The notes beneath the pieces are model-generated. The model searched no databases. It was given only the letters and a program-made list of their open reading frames with translations, and was not told the origin of the DNA. 64,000 bases of DNA from Octopus vulgaris (taxonomy: Eukaryota), in assembly GCA_951406725.2 (NCBI GenBank), contig OX597818.1, positions 128,712,001 to 128,776,000 on the forward strand. The letters run 5' to 3'. Position 1 is the first letter of the stretch. The number at the start of each line of letters is the position of its first letter. The position numbers and the translations under genes were made by a program. Shown here in pieces: positions 26,100 to 37,616 of this stretch.

Positions 26100-26660
26100 T
26101 TGTAAATAAACATGTAAGTTGCCTGAAATTTATTATGACATCGATCCTTAAATTACAAACCCACATTAAATTTTCTTATGAAAGAAACGATATACTCCGA
26201 ACATATCTAACAAGGATAGTATTGTTTCATCTAATCAAAATAAATAGTGATTGCACCTGATTCTTTTCGGGAGTTACACACACGCAAGATTTTTTTGTTT
26301 CGTTGCCAATACAAAAACACGGTGTAAAAAAAGTTGACATTGACCTATTGTCCTAATTAGAAGAAGCAAAGGGAGAACCAGGGGGGGGGGATTGAAATTG
26401 CGATTTTTGGAAATTTTTTTTTGCAGAATCGATATCTCCATAGCCTAAGACAAGGGATTACTTAAAAAAAAAAAAATTTAAGTGGGGAAGGATTCCGTTT
26501 ACATCTACGCCATGTGAGCCACCGATAATGTTTATATATATATATATACATGTGTATATTCAAAGGGCAAGACCACTAGGTAGTCGGCCGTATGCTAGAA
26601 ATAGATCACCTACGATCAAACTACAAAGAAAAGAATGTTCTCTAGAGGAAAATTCAGCGG

Positions 26661-26721
<61 letters not shown>

Positions 26722-27151
26722 TCAGCCGAAATTGCGAAGATGATCCGGTTCTTGACTGAAGATTGAAGGCTTCGAATGTCCCGTCCGTGTTTTTTGTATC
26801 GTCTTCTAAATGTTTCACGTTCTTGTCCCAGTTTGTAATTTTTTACATTTACATATATATATATATACATATACATATATACATATATATATATAGAACC
26901 GTTTCGATATTAGTACATGACGAGTCATGAGTGTTTTTGCTCTGTCCAGTATAAACATTTTATTTCATGATTTATACCATTAAATATTTCATTTTAACCT
27001 TACAGCTGTAATATGAGAGATCGTCGACGTTACCCTGCTTCTATAAATTAGGTTCCTGGTTCAATTCACACCGCTGGAATACAAAACAATCCCACAATAT
27101 TTCAGTGCATGTCACTTTGAAAAGAAAAAACGAAACGGTTTCAACATTTAC

Positions 27152-27590
27152 CTGTTATTTTAGAAGATGGGTCAACGGGAAGGACTGCAACTTTGTGCCC
27201 CAAGCTGGTCAGGTATTTCCCAAATACTTCAATGAACGTGCTTTTGCCTGCTCCTGGAGGGCCAGATATACCAATTCGAAACGATATAGTCGGATGTATC
27301 GAACGTGCTTCTTGCTCCTGAATATATTTTAAACATTTATCTAAGAGAGACTGGCCGGCCGTTTTCTTCTGCTCGTTGCTAGATTCGACCAAAGTAATGC
27401 TTTGTGCTAATGACGCTCTGTTACCACTTGTTATGCCTTGGAATAAACTGTTGACATACTGCGAAGTGAAGTCCAGTTTTGGGGCGACATTAGTGCTTAT
27501 GGTTCGTGATCGGAAGATCGATCGAGTTGTAGGACAGCGACATTTAATTAAGTAAACAACCGAGAGAGGAACACGTTTAAACTTTTCCAT
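27152..27590 (-). CDS. MMAA: MMAA (MeaB-family mitochondrial GTPase chaperone of methylmalonyl-CoA mutase), coding exon 1
   Basis: Basic presequence-like N-terminus, RASLAQSITLVES, P-loop RIGISGPPGAGKSTFIE, VDPSS. Donor ACAG|gtaaat, phase 1. Confidence 0.95.
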
Positions 27591-27745
27591 GTTTCTCGTT
27601 TATGTTACTGTTATCTCCCTTCAGCATCAAGCAACCCCCGTCTCTGTCTCTCTGTCTCTGTCTCTCTGTCTCTGTCTCTCTTTCACTCTCTCGTTTCGAA
27701 TTTTGGCACAATGCGAGCAATTTCGGGGGAAGGAGTAAATATATA

Positions 27746-27890
27746 GGCAATCTTTCGTCTCTAGTAGACCTTTCCGTCGTATGTGTATATGTATGTATAT
27801 TACTTCAAAAGTTCCCGCAAGCCCATATGTAAAAAGAAAAATTTTTTTACGGAAATCGACGGAAAGGTCTACTAGAGACGAAAGATCGCC
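27746..27890. mobile_element. 145-bp MITE with 34-bp TIRs (GG...CC) and 8-bp TSD AATATATA (Merlin- or MULE-like)
   Basis: Left TIR GGCAATCTTTCGTCTCTAGTAGACCTTTCCGTCG (27746-27779); right TIR 27857-27890 matches 33/34. aatatata occurs at 27738-27745 and 27891-27898. Confidence 0.85.
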
Positions 27891-28409
27891 AATATATATT
27901 GATACTTTATCAACCCTGAAAGGGAAGAAAAGCACAGTCAACCGTGACAGAATTTGAACTTGGGATCTTCTCGGTTTGAATGGCAGTTTTTTCTAGCGGT
28001 GTCGTATGAAATTGTCACCCATAGAACGTAGCGGCAGACGAAATACCTATTTCTTTACTACCCACAAGGAGCTAAACACAGAGGGGACAAATAAGGACAG
28101 ACAAACGGATTAAGTCGATTATATCGAACCCAGTGCGTAGCTGGTACTTATTTAATCGACCCCGAAAGAATGAAAGGCAAAGTCGACCTCGGCGGAATTT
28201 GAACTCAGAACGTAGCGGCAGACAAAATACCGCTACGCATTTCGTCCAGCGTGCTAACGTTTCTGCTAGTTCACCGCCTTAAACAAGGTATATGAAATAT
28301 ACCTTCTGTAAGGGGCAAGACTTCCTTTTGTACACCCTTTTTTATTTATTTAAAAGCGCCCCTTTTTTTATTTAATTTTTTGGCGAAGTTTCGCATGTCG
28401 TAGCACAGA

Positions 28410-29250
28410 TTTCCGTCGATTTCCGTAAAAAACTTTTATTTTTTTACATAAGTAATGAGAGCGAAAGAGACTAAGAGGAAGCGATTTTATGACGAGGGAA
28501 GTTTGTCTTTGAAGTTACCGTCTAGGGGAAGCATTGATGTACATGTGTGTGTGTGTTTGATGGGGTGTGGGAGACAGACAGTATGTTGTGTAAGTGAAGT
28601 GCTTCTGTTAGTGTGTGCGAAGAGACAGAGAGAGTAATGTGTGAAAGAGAGAGATAACTGATTTTTTACTCGGTGTATGTGTATATGTATGTGTGTGTGT
28701 ATGTATCTATGTATGTGTGTGTGTTTAAGTATGTGTGTGTGTATGTATGTATGTATGGCCGATTCATCGTAATTTTTTACTCGGTGTATGTGTATATGTA
28801 TGTCTGCATGTATGTGTGTGTGTGTATGTATCTATGTATGTGTGTATGTGTATGTATGTATGTGTGTATGTATGTATGGTCGATTCAGTGTAATTTTTTA
28901 CTCGGTGTATGTGTATATGTATGTCTGCATGTATGTGTGTGTGTGTATGTATCTATGTGTGTGTGTGTAAGTATGTGTGTGTGTATGTATGTATGTGTGT
29001 GTATGTATGTGTGTGTGTGTATGTATGGCCGATTCATCGTAATTTTTTACTCGGTGTATGTGTATATGTATGTCTGTCTCTTCGCACACACTAACAGAAG
29101 CACTTCACTTACACAACATACTGTCTGTCTCCCACACCCCATCAAACACACACAGGTCGACTTCAAAGTGAAACCTTCTCGTCGTAAAATCGCTTCCTCT
29201 TAGTCTCTTTCGCTCTCATTACTTATGTAAAAAAATAAAAGTTTTTTACG
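28410..29250. mobile_element. Foldback element with ~180-220-bp inverted arms and an internal tandem array
   Basis: 28423-28629 is the reverse complement of ~29072-29250. The interior has 4 copies of ttttttactcggtgtatgtgtatatgtatgt separated by (TG/TATG)n. Confidence 0.8.
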
Positions 29251-29889
29251 AGGAGGTCTTTCACTGTAGAGTCTTAAATATTGTGGATTGAAACTCCATT
29301 TAATCAATCCTATCCAAGCAATTAAAAGATGCAAACACCTTTTCAGGGTATTTTAAAATGTAAAAGCAACAAACGAAAGAGTCAACTTTGGTAAGCTCTG
29401 ATAGTTGATACTTTTGTGCAATATGGGCAATGCAAATAGGAGTGGAATTAGTCTATAAAGTCTACTGGTGATGGCCATATTAAAACTGTCCAGGAAAGTA
29501 TGTTTTACTCTGTTGACACTGAAGTAATCAGTATAGATGAAAATAGAAGAGAATGTGTTTTATAATTGTTTATTTAGGGTACAGAAGGAATGATAGATGG
29601 TTATGTGCACATCCTTCTGATGCCCACATAGTAATGCACACTAAATTTCCAACAGCTGTGATGACTTTTAAGAGTAGTGAGCAATGAAGGTCCTGTCCTG
29701 CCACCTCACATTTTTCCCACGGGGTTGTAGATTTAATGTTACTGGATTCATTGGGGTGATGGAGAGGGTTGTTAAGCCCTGGATGGGTGAAGTAAGCAGT
29801 AGAAGGCTATACATGTTTCCAGTCAGCACCCAAGCATGTATGTGAGACAACACCTGGAGCATTATTGAAAGGGAGACTAATTGACATTC

Positions 29890-30640
29890 TTCACCAAGGA
29901 AATGACTAGTGACTGAGACCTTTGGAAATATGCCGTGTGTGAGAAGACCCGGCAAGCCAAATGAAACCATAATCTCATGGCCTATGCCTGGGGCGTAACC
30001 AGCCCACTTATGCATACCTTTTCCTTCTTTGGACACTAAAACTCTGCTTGCAAAGACCTGTTGAGGCAAGTGCAATCAATCAAAAGCAAAATCAAACTCG
30101 GTGACTGGCGTCCGTGTTAGCAGGGTGCAAAGAGCACCATAGGAGCGTGATCATTGACAGAGTGGCTAACCGGCTCCCGTGCCGGTGGCACTTAAAGGGC
30201 ACCATTCAAGCGTGATTGTTACCAGCATCGCCTCACTGGCACTTGTGCTCGTGCTAGTAGGGTGCCAAGAGCACCACCCGAGCGTGATCGTTTCCAGAGC
30301 AACCAACTGGCTTCCGTGCCAGTGGCATGTAAAAGGGCACCATTCAAGTGTGATCATTACCAATGTCGCCTTACTGGCACCTGTGCTGGTGGCATGTGTA
30401 AAAGGATTCGAGCTAGGTCGTTGCCAGTACCGCCTGACTGGCCCCCATGCCGGTGGCACGTAAAAAGCATCCACTACACTCTCGGAGTGGTTGGCGTTAG
30501 GAAGGGCATCCAGCTGTAGAAACTCTGCCAAATCAAGACTGGAGCCTGGTGCAGCCATCTGGTTCGCCAGCCCACAGTCAAAATCCTCCAACCCATGCTA
30601 GCATGGAAAGCGGACGTCAAACAATGATGATGATGATGAC
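29890..30640 (+). mobile_element. RTE LINE 3' end: ORF C-terminus plus long 3' UTR with tandem ~60-nt modules
   Basis: TKEMTSD*DLWKYAVCEKTRQAK*, then a UTR ending CCATGCTAGCATGGAAAGCGGACG..(TGA)n. Shorter copies at ~580-998, 1830-2100, 19168-19512(-), 21015-21250, 31761-31990(-), 32020-32388(-), 38382-38620, 41770-42063, 44370-44623 and 51523-51850(-). Confidence 0.8.
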
Positions 30641-30888
30641 AATTTCATAGCTTCACTGAGGGTGCCATTGTCCAGGTGATGTCAGAAATGAATAAAGACC
30701 ATTTATTGCAAGTATGTCATCGATTCTGGTCCAATACTGAAACAGTCGTTGAAGCTGAAGATGGATTCATAGAATAATCTTATAAGAAAATTTACTAAGA
30801 ACATGAGCACAAATTTTTATTAAAATACATTTGGTTTTTCCTAAATGAGAGTTGTTTTATTAAATTGCCAAGTACTTATCACACCCTG
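30641..30888 (+). mobile_element. Tc1-like transposon 3' remnant
   Basis: Encodes ...VMSEMNKDHLLQVCHRF...VVEAEDGFIE* and terminates in acaccctg|ta (CAGGGTGT TIR + TA). Confidence 0.6.
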
Positions 30889-31124
30889 TATGTATGTGTC
30901 TGTCTGTATGTATGTATGTATCATTCACTCACAGCAGTGGGTGAATATATGACGGTCAACTTCTAGTTACCTGCAAGCACTTCTAGGCTTCATCACTAAT
31001 TCTGTTCTCTACCAAATTAAATGTGGATTTTTTAGCAATGATGGTCCACTCCTAAGCTATATTTTGAGATAAAATAATTGAAATTTGGTTAAAAAAAAGT
31101 TATGTCAAAAATGGGAGAGTAAGA

Positions 31125-31760
31125 CCAAAAATTGACTTTGAATCGAAATATCTGTTATTTTCAAAGAAAAGTATGGATTAATTGGTTTTAAAAGAATGTA
31201 CTCATTGAGAAGAATCTTTTGGTGACAACCTAGTTAAAAAGTATTAGTTACAAAAAGAAAGTAGTGTGACTTTAAGTGACAAAAAAAGTGATAAGTAACC
31301 CCCAAAACTGACTTTGAATCAAAATACCTCTGCTATTGTTACAGAAAACTATACAATAGTTGTGTTCAAATGAAAGAGCTCTTTGAGATGAATCTTTTGG
31401 TGAAAAACCTCATAAAAAAATATTACAGACAAAAAGGTGGTATGGCTTTAAGTGGTGAAAAACTGATGATCATTTTTGACAAATCAAAGTATCTTTGCCA
31501 TTTAAAAATATTTAGAACCATAAAAGATGACACCTGATGTCATAGGTTGCTTAGCTTAATGGTACTGAATGCTTAACCAGAGTTTGAGAGGTATGGGATT
31601 CAATTCTTACCAGCTCATTTTTTTCCCATTTTCTTAGCTGTTTTCACAGTTATCCTGTGTTGAATATTTCCTATGATATGACTTTTATGGTGAAAATCAC
31701 ACCAAGAAATATTAGCTACAAAAAAATTTGTGTGGCTTTAAGTGATGAAAAAAAAGGTAA
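31125..31760. repeat. Degenerate ~175-bp tandem units, probably internal to a DNA transposon
   Basis: aaaa.tgactttgaatc.aaata...gaatctttt.ggtga.aa...ctttaagtg recurs at ~31128 and ~31304, and partially at ~31685. Confidence 0.5.
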
Positions 31761-32986
31761 TCATCATCATCATCATCATCATCATCATGTAGCGTCCGTT
31801 TTCCATGCTAGCATGGGTTGGACGGTTCAACTGGGGTCTGTGAAGCCAGAAGGCTGCATCAGGCCCAGTCTGATCTGGCAGTGTTTCTACGGCTGGATGC
31901 CCTTCCTAACGCCAACCACTCCGCAAGTGTAGTGGGTGCTTTTTACGTGCGACCCGCACAGGAGCCAGACGGAGCTGGCAAACGGCCACGAATAGTTTTA
32001 AGAAATCAACTTTTATTATATCATCATCATCATCATCATCATTTAGCGTCCGCTTTCCATGCTAGCATGGGTTGGACGGGTCAACTGGGGTCTGTGAAGC
32101 TGGAAGGCTTCGTCAGGCCCAGTCAGATCTGGCAGTGTTTCTACGGCTGGATGCCCTTCCTAACGCCAACCACTCCGCGAGTGTAGTGGGTGTTTTTTAC
32201 GTGCCACCTACACAGGTGCCAGACAGAGCTGGCGAACGGCCACGAACGGATGGTGCTTTTACGTGTCACCGGCACGGGGCCAGGCGATGCTGGCAACGGA
32301 CACGAACGGATGGTGCTTTTACGTGCCACTGACACGGGGCCAGACAGAGCTGGCAAACGGCCACGAACGGACGGTGCTTTTACGTGTCTCTTAAAATGGG
32401 TGGAGGCACATGGTCTACTGGTTAGAGTAGTGGACTCGTGGTTGAGGGATCGCAGGTTCGAATCTCAGACTGGGCAATGTGTGTGTTTATGGGCGAAACA
32501 CCTAAGCTCCACACAGTTCCAGCAGAAGGTAATGGCGAAACTTCTGCTGACTCTTTTGCCACAACTTTCTCTCACTCTTTCCTCCTGTATCTTGCAGCTC
32601 ACCTGTGATGGACTGGCGTCCTGTACAGGTGGGGAACCTATACGCCAAGGAACATTATATATATTGTTCCCAGTATAAATTAATATTACTATGAAATATT
32701 ACCGGTCCCTGGCACACTGGAAAAAACAAACAAAAAAAAAAAACTGCCAGTACAACACATCAGATAGTTTGAGAAGCACTGCTCTATAGCACTTTTGCTT
32801 AGCACAAAAGAGAGAAAAATTTTTTTCTGGATAAAATATTTTCCTCCAATGATGTGGTGTGTGTTCCAAACAGCTTGATATGAACTGATATAATAACAAC
32901 AAACATTTTAAGGACATTTTCACTGCTAAAACAGAAGTTAGCTCTGCGGGCTTCATGACAGTTTTCTCTGCCTTCTCTATATATTT

Positions 32987-33420
32987 TTGAAACTCCGACG
33001 TCTGGCAGCTGACTTGGCAGACACCCATAAAATTATCAACCATCTCACAAACAATAACTCTGAGCACCTTTTCGAACTCCACCCGTCTAACACCCGTGGA
33101 CATATTTACAAAGTCAGAAAACAGCACAGCTCCCATGACTTTAGGAAACATTTTTTCACGCTGAGAGTTGCTGAAGCATGGAACAAACTGCCAGCATCAG
33201 TTGTTAGTTGTCGGAGCACTGCATCCTTCAAAACTTCCATGCTTTCTGAGATTCGCCAACACTACACCTGATTTTCTCCCCTCCATACAAAGGCAAGCAT
33301 GTATCTGACTCATACATTGTTCGCTTTCCAGACATTTGTACATTACTGCATATACTTTATACACACTTTCTGACAAGTTGTGGTGCACCTGAGCACTGTT
33401 TACAATAATTTCATTATTAT
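32987..33420 (+). mobile_element. CR1/L2-group LINE 3' end
   Basis: LRRLAADL..THKII...NTRGHIYK...RKHFFTLRVAEAWNKLPASVV...SFK*, followed by a 3' UTR ending in (ATT)n. Confidence 0.85.
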
Positions 33421-34637
33421 TTTTTTTTAATATATATTTTGCTTTTTTCCCTTAATTCTTCTACCATTGTTTTTATCCATGTCTTGTGCTTCCTCTATTT
33501 TTTTTTTTTTTACCTTGAGGAAAACCGATACGATGTAGATTTAATATCCCCTGTTCAAATACTCAGTAGAAATACCTGCAGTTAGTTTGAACTCAAGCCT
33601 CTGTGAGTTGGTAGTCTGACATCGTATTCATGCAACTATTTCACATCTATAAATATAGTGGGAATGACATAACTTGTAGATAGTTTCAGTAAGGGTAGAG
33701 TCCATTGTAATAATGATAACTGAATAGCATGAACATGCATACCATACATAAACGTATAGGCGGTGAGCTAGCAGAAACGTTAGCACAAGGCGGCGAAATG
33801 CGTAGCCATATTTCGTCTGCCGTTACGTTCTGAGTTCAAATTCCGCCAAGATCAAATTTGCCTTTCATCCTTTCGGGGTCGATAAATTAAGTACCAGTTA
33901 CGCACTGGGGTCGATGTAATCGACTTAATCTGTTTGTCTGTCCTAGTTTGTCCCCTCTGTGTTTGACCCCTTGTGGGTAATAAAGAAACACATACATATA
34001 CGTACATTTACACACACACTGACATACGCACACACACACACACTCACCTTTTACTTTTTTCAGGATTAGACTGAAGCCATGCTGCAGCACCACCTTGAAG
34101 AATTTTAGTAGAATTTATTGACCCCAGTAATTCTTTTCTTTTTTTTTTTTGGTAAGGAGCTTGCTTAACAACCACATGGTTCCAGGTTCAGTCCCACTGC
34201 GTGGCACCTTGGGCAAGTGCCTTCTACTAGAGCCTCGGGCCAACCAAAGCCTTGTGAGTGGATTTGGTAGACGGAAACTGAAAGAAGCCCATCGTATATA
34301 TGTATAAATATATATGCATGTGTGTATATATGTTTGTGTGTTTGTCTCCCTAACATCGCTTGACAACCGATGCTGGTGTGTTTACGTCCCCGTAACTTAG
34401 CGGTTTGGCAAAAAGAGACTGATAGAATAAGTACTAGGCTTACAAAGAATAAGTCCTGGGGTCGATTTGCTCAACTAAAGGTGGTGCTCCAGCATGGCCA
34501 CAGTCAAATGACTGAAGCAATTAAAAGAGTAAGAGAAAGTAAAGAATAAAGCCTGGTACATAGTGTATTGATCTTTTTTGCTAAGCTGCTAAATTACAGG
34601 GACACAAACACACCAACATCGGTTGTGAAGTGGTGAT

Positions 34638-34673
<36 letters not shown>

Positions 34674-35004
34674 CAATGGGCTTTTTTCACTTCCCATCTA
34701 CCAAATCCACTTACAGGGCTTTGGTCACAGCCCAAGGCTATGGTAGAATATACTTACCCAAGATGCCACAGAGTGGGATTGAATCCAGAACCATATGTTA
34801 GAGAACAAACTTTTTACCATACAGCCATGCCTGTCCCACCACCACTTGACAACCGACGTTAGTGTGTTTATGTCCCTGTAACTTAGCAGCTCGGCAAAAA
34901 AGATCACTACATTTTTTCTGCTCTTTCTTCATCTCCTTATTCCTTTATTCCTGTCCTCTGTGTCATTATTTCATTAATCTATACCCTTCTCATTTTTGTT
35001 ATTT

Positions 35005-35043
35005 GTCTCTGATGATGGAATATCCCAGAAACAGCTGTAAGAC
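35005..35043 (+). ncRNA. Minimal type-I hammerhead ribozyme motif
   Basis: gtct-CTGATGA-tggaatatccca-GAAAC-AGCT-GTA-agac. Confidence 0.7.
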
Positions 35044-35640
35044 TTTGAATTTTTTTTCCAGTGATAATAATGTATATGACTTGAGATGCTTGCCTTGCCT
35101 TAACGTTTGTTTTCCTCTTTAACAATTATGTATGTATGTATGTGTGTATGTGTGTATGTATTTATGTATGTATGTATGTATGTATGTATGTATGTATGTA
35201 TGTATGTATGTATGTATGTATGTATGTATGTATGTATGTATGTATGTATGTATGTGTGTGTATGTATGTGTGTAAGTATGTATGTGTGTGTATGTATGTA
35301 TGAATGTATATATGTATATATGTATGTGTATACGTACATACACTCACACATAAATTCAAGTACACGCTCAAGTATAAAACACACAGATTAACACTCACAC
35401 ATGCACATTTACACCATACATATGCACACAAACACACACACATACACACACACACACACACAATCAGAATACACCCACATAAAAACACAAACAAAAATAT
35501 GCAGCTGCAATGTCACGCACGCACAGACACACACACACACGCATACACACACACAGGTACATAAATTAACTAATACATATAATAAACACCTACACATATG
35601 TACAACATACAATATGATGAACAAATTCCTTGTAGCCAGT

Positions 35641-35742
35641 GGTGGTGGTGGTGGTGGTGGTGGTAGTGTTAAGGATGATGATGGCGATTGTAGTGATGAT
35701 GATGATGTAGAGTAGGATTTATAAGTTTAGTACAAGATTACA

Positions 35743-35791
<49 letters not shown>

Positions 35792-36134
35792 GGTGGTGGT
35801 GGTGGTGGTGGTGGTGGTGGTGGTAGTAGTAGTAGTAATAGTGGTGGTGGTGGTAGTAGTGGTGGTGGTGGTGGTGGTAGTAGTAGTATTAGTAGTAGTA
35901 ATAGTGGTGGTGGTGGTGGTGGTAGTAATAGTAGTAGTAGTAGAAGTAGTAGTAGTAGTAGTAATAGTGGTGGTGCTGGTGGTAGTGGTAGTAGTAGTAG
36001 TAGTAATAGTGGTAGTGGTGGTGGTAGTGGTAGTAGTAGTAGTGGTGGTAGTAGTAGTAATAGTAGAAGTAGTAGTGGTGGTAGTAGTAGTAGTAGTAGT
36101 AATAGTGGTGGTGGTAGTAGTAGTAGAAGTAGTA

Positions 36135-36167
<33 letters not shown>

Positions 36168-36301
36168 ATAGTGGTGGTGGTAGTAGTAGTAGAAGTAGTA
36201 GTGGTGGTAGTAGTAGTAGTAGTAGTAATAGTGGTGGTGGTGGTGGTAGTAGTAGTGGTGGTGGTGGTGGTAGTAGTAGTAGTAGAAGCAGCAGCAGCAG
36301 C
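35641..36301. repeat. Mosaic (TAG/TGG)n trinucleotide repeat
   Basis: Directly visible; produces spurious poly-V/T/L/P ORFs. Confidence 0.95.
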
Positions 36302-36614
36302 AAATAACAAAGTATAATTATCTATTGTAAAGGAGGCAGTGGATGGGAAGGAGTGGGTGTGGGGTGGGGGCATTAGTCAGTGACATCAGAACTCAACCCT
36401 TGTGACTGAGCGACTCTTCTGTGTAGGTCACCAGTTTGAATTAAAAGACAAAAAAAAAAAAATTAAATACACATAGAATCAGTGAGATACCTGAGAGGAG
36501 ATATAGTGTGTGTGCTGTCTACTAATCTGACTCTCAACACTAGTTGTTGTGTACACTCACACACACATAAATACACATTATATGTACAAGCATACATACT
36601 CATTTATACTTGCA

Positions 36615-36664
<50 letters not shown>

Positions 36665-36868
36665 TGTGCGCATGCATGTCTGTATGTATGTATGTATATA
36701 TATGTGTGTGTGTGTGTGTGTGTATATCTCTTTTACTCTTTTACTTGTTTCAGTCATTTGACTGTGGCCATGCTGGAGCACCGCCTTTAGTCGAACAAAT
36801 CGACCCCGGGACATATATATATATATACATATATATACATATACATATATATACATATATATATATAC

Positions 36869-36907
<39 letters not shown>

Positions 36908-37062
36908 CGACAGGCTTCTTTCAGTTTCCGTCTACCAAATCCACTCACAAGGCTTTGGTCGGCCCGAAGCGATAGCAGAAGACACTTGCCCAAGATGCCA
37001 CGCAGTGGGACTGAACCCGCAACCATGTGGTTGGTTAGCAAGCTACTTACCACACAGCCACT

Positions 37063-37102
<40 letters not shown>

Positions 37103-37288
37103 TAAAGTAGGCTGTGTGGTTAAGGCACTTGCTTCCTAACCATGTGGTTTTCGGTTTAGTCCCACACAACATAATACAATGGGTAAATATTTTACATTAT
37201 AGCGCCAGGTTATCCAAAGCTTGTGAGTGGATTTCATTGACAGAAACTAAAAAGTTATTATACATACATGCATACATACATACATACA

Positions 37289-37369
<81 letters not shown>

Positions 37370-37463
37370 ATTTTAAAGAGACACTCATTACCGCTAATGG
37401 GCTCCATGTGAGCAATCATCTGAAAGTTTTTTGTGCATTTTGATGTTGACATAAGTCCCTTGC

Positions 37464-37542
37464 TTTTCCTGATGAGCGGTATAATGTACTCCTTATTCCT
37501 TCGCAATTAGGAATATGCAGCCTTCGAAACATATGTCGAAAA
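37464..37542 (+). ncRNA. Minimal type-I hammerhead ribozyme motif (Penelope-like element type)
   Basis: ttttc-CTGATGA-(long helix II region)-GAAAC-ATAT-GTC-gaaaa: intact core, palindromic helix III ACATATGT, GUC cleavage triplet, helix I ttttc/gaaaa. Confidence 0.7.
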
Positions 37543-37616
37543 TAAAGGAATTTTGTTAATTCGTCATTCAGCTCCATTCTTTCATATATTTATATTTTAA
37601 AATAAATATATATATA

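Noticed and set aside
26745-26800. CTGAAGA motif as a hammerhead
   Set aside because: No correctly placed GAAAC or helix III downstream.
28660-29075. CRISPR-like regularly spaced 31-bp repeats
   Set aside because: The spacers are microsatellite rather than unique sequence, the context is eukaryotic, and there are no cas genes. It is the interior of a foldback element.
35719-36373. Poly-L/P, poly-T and poly-V ORFs
   Set aside because: Translations of a trinucleotide microsatellite, with no splice or homology support.
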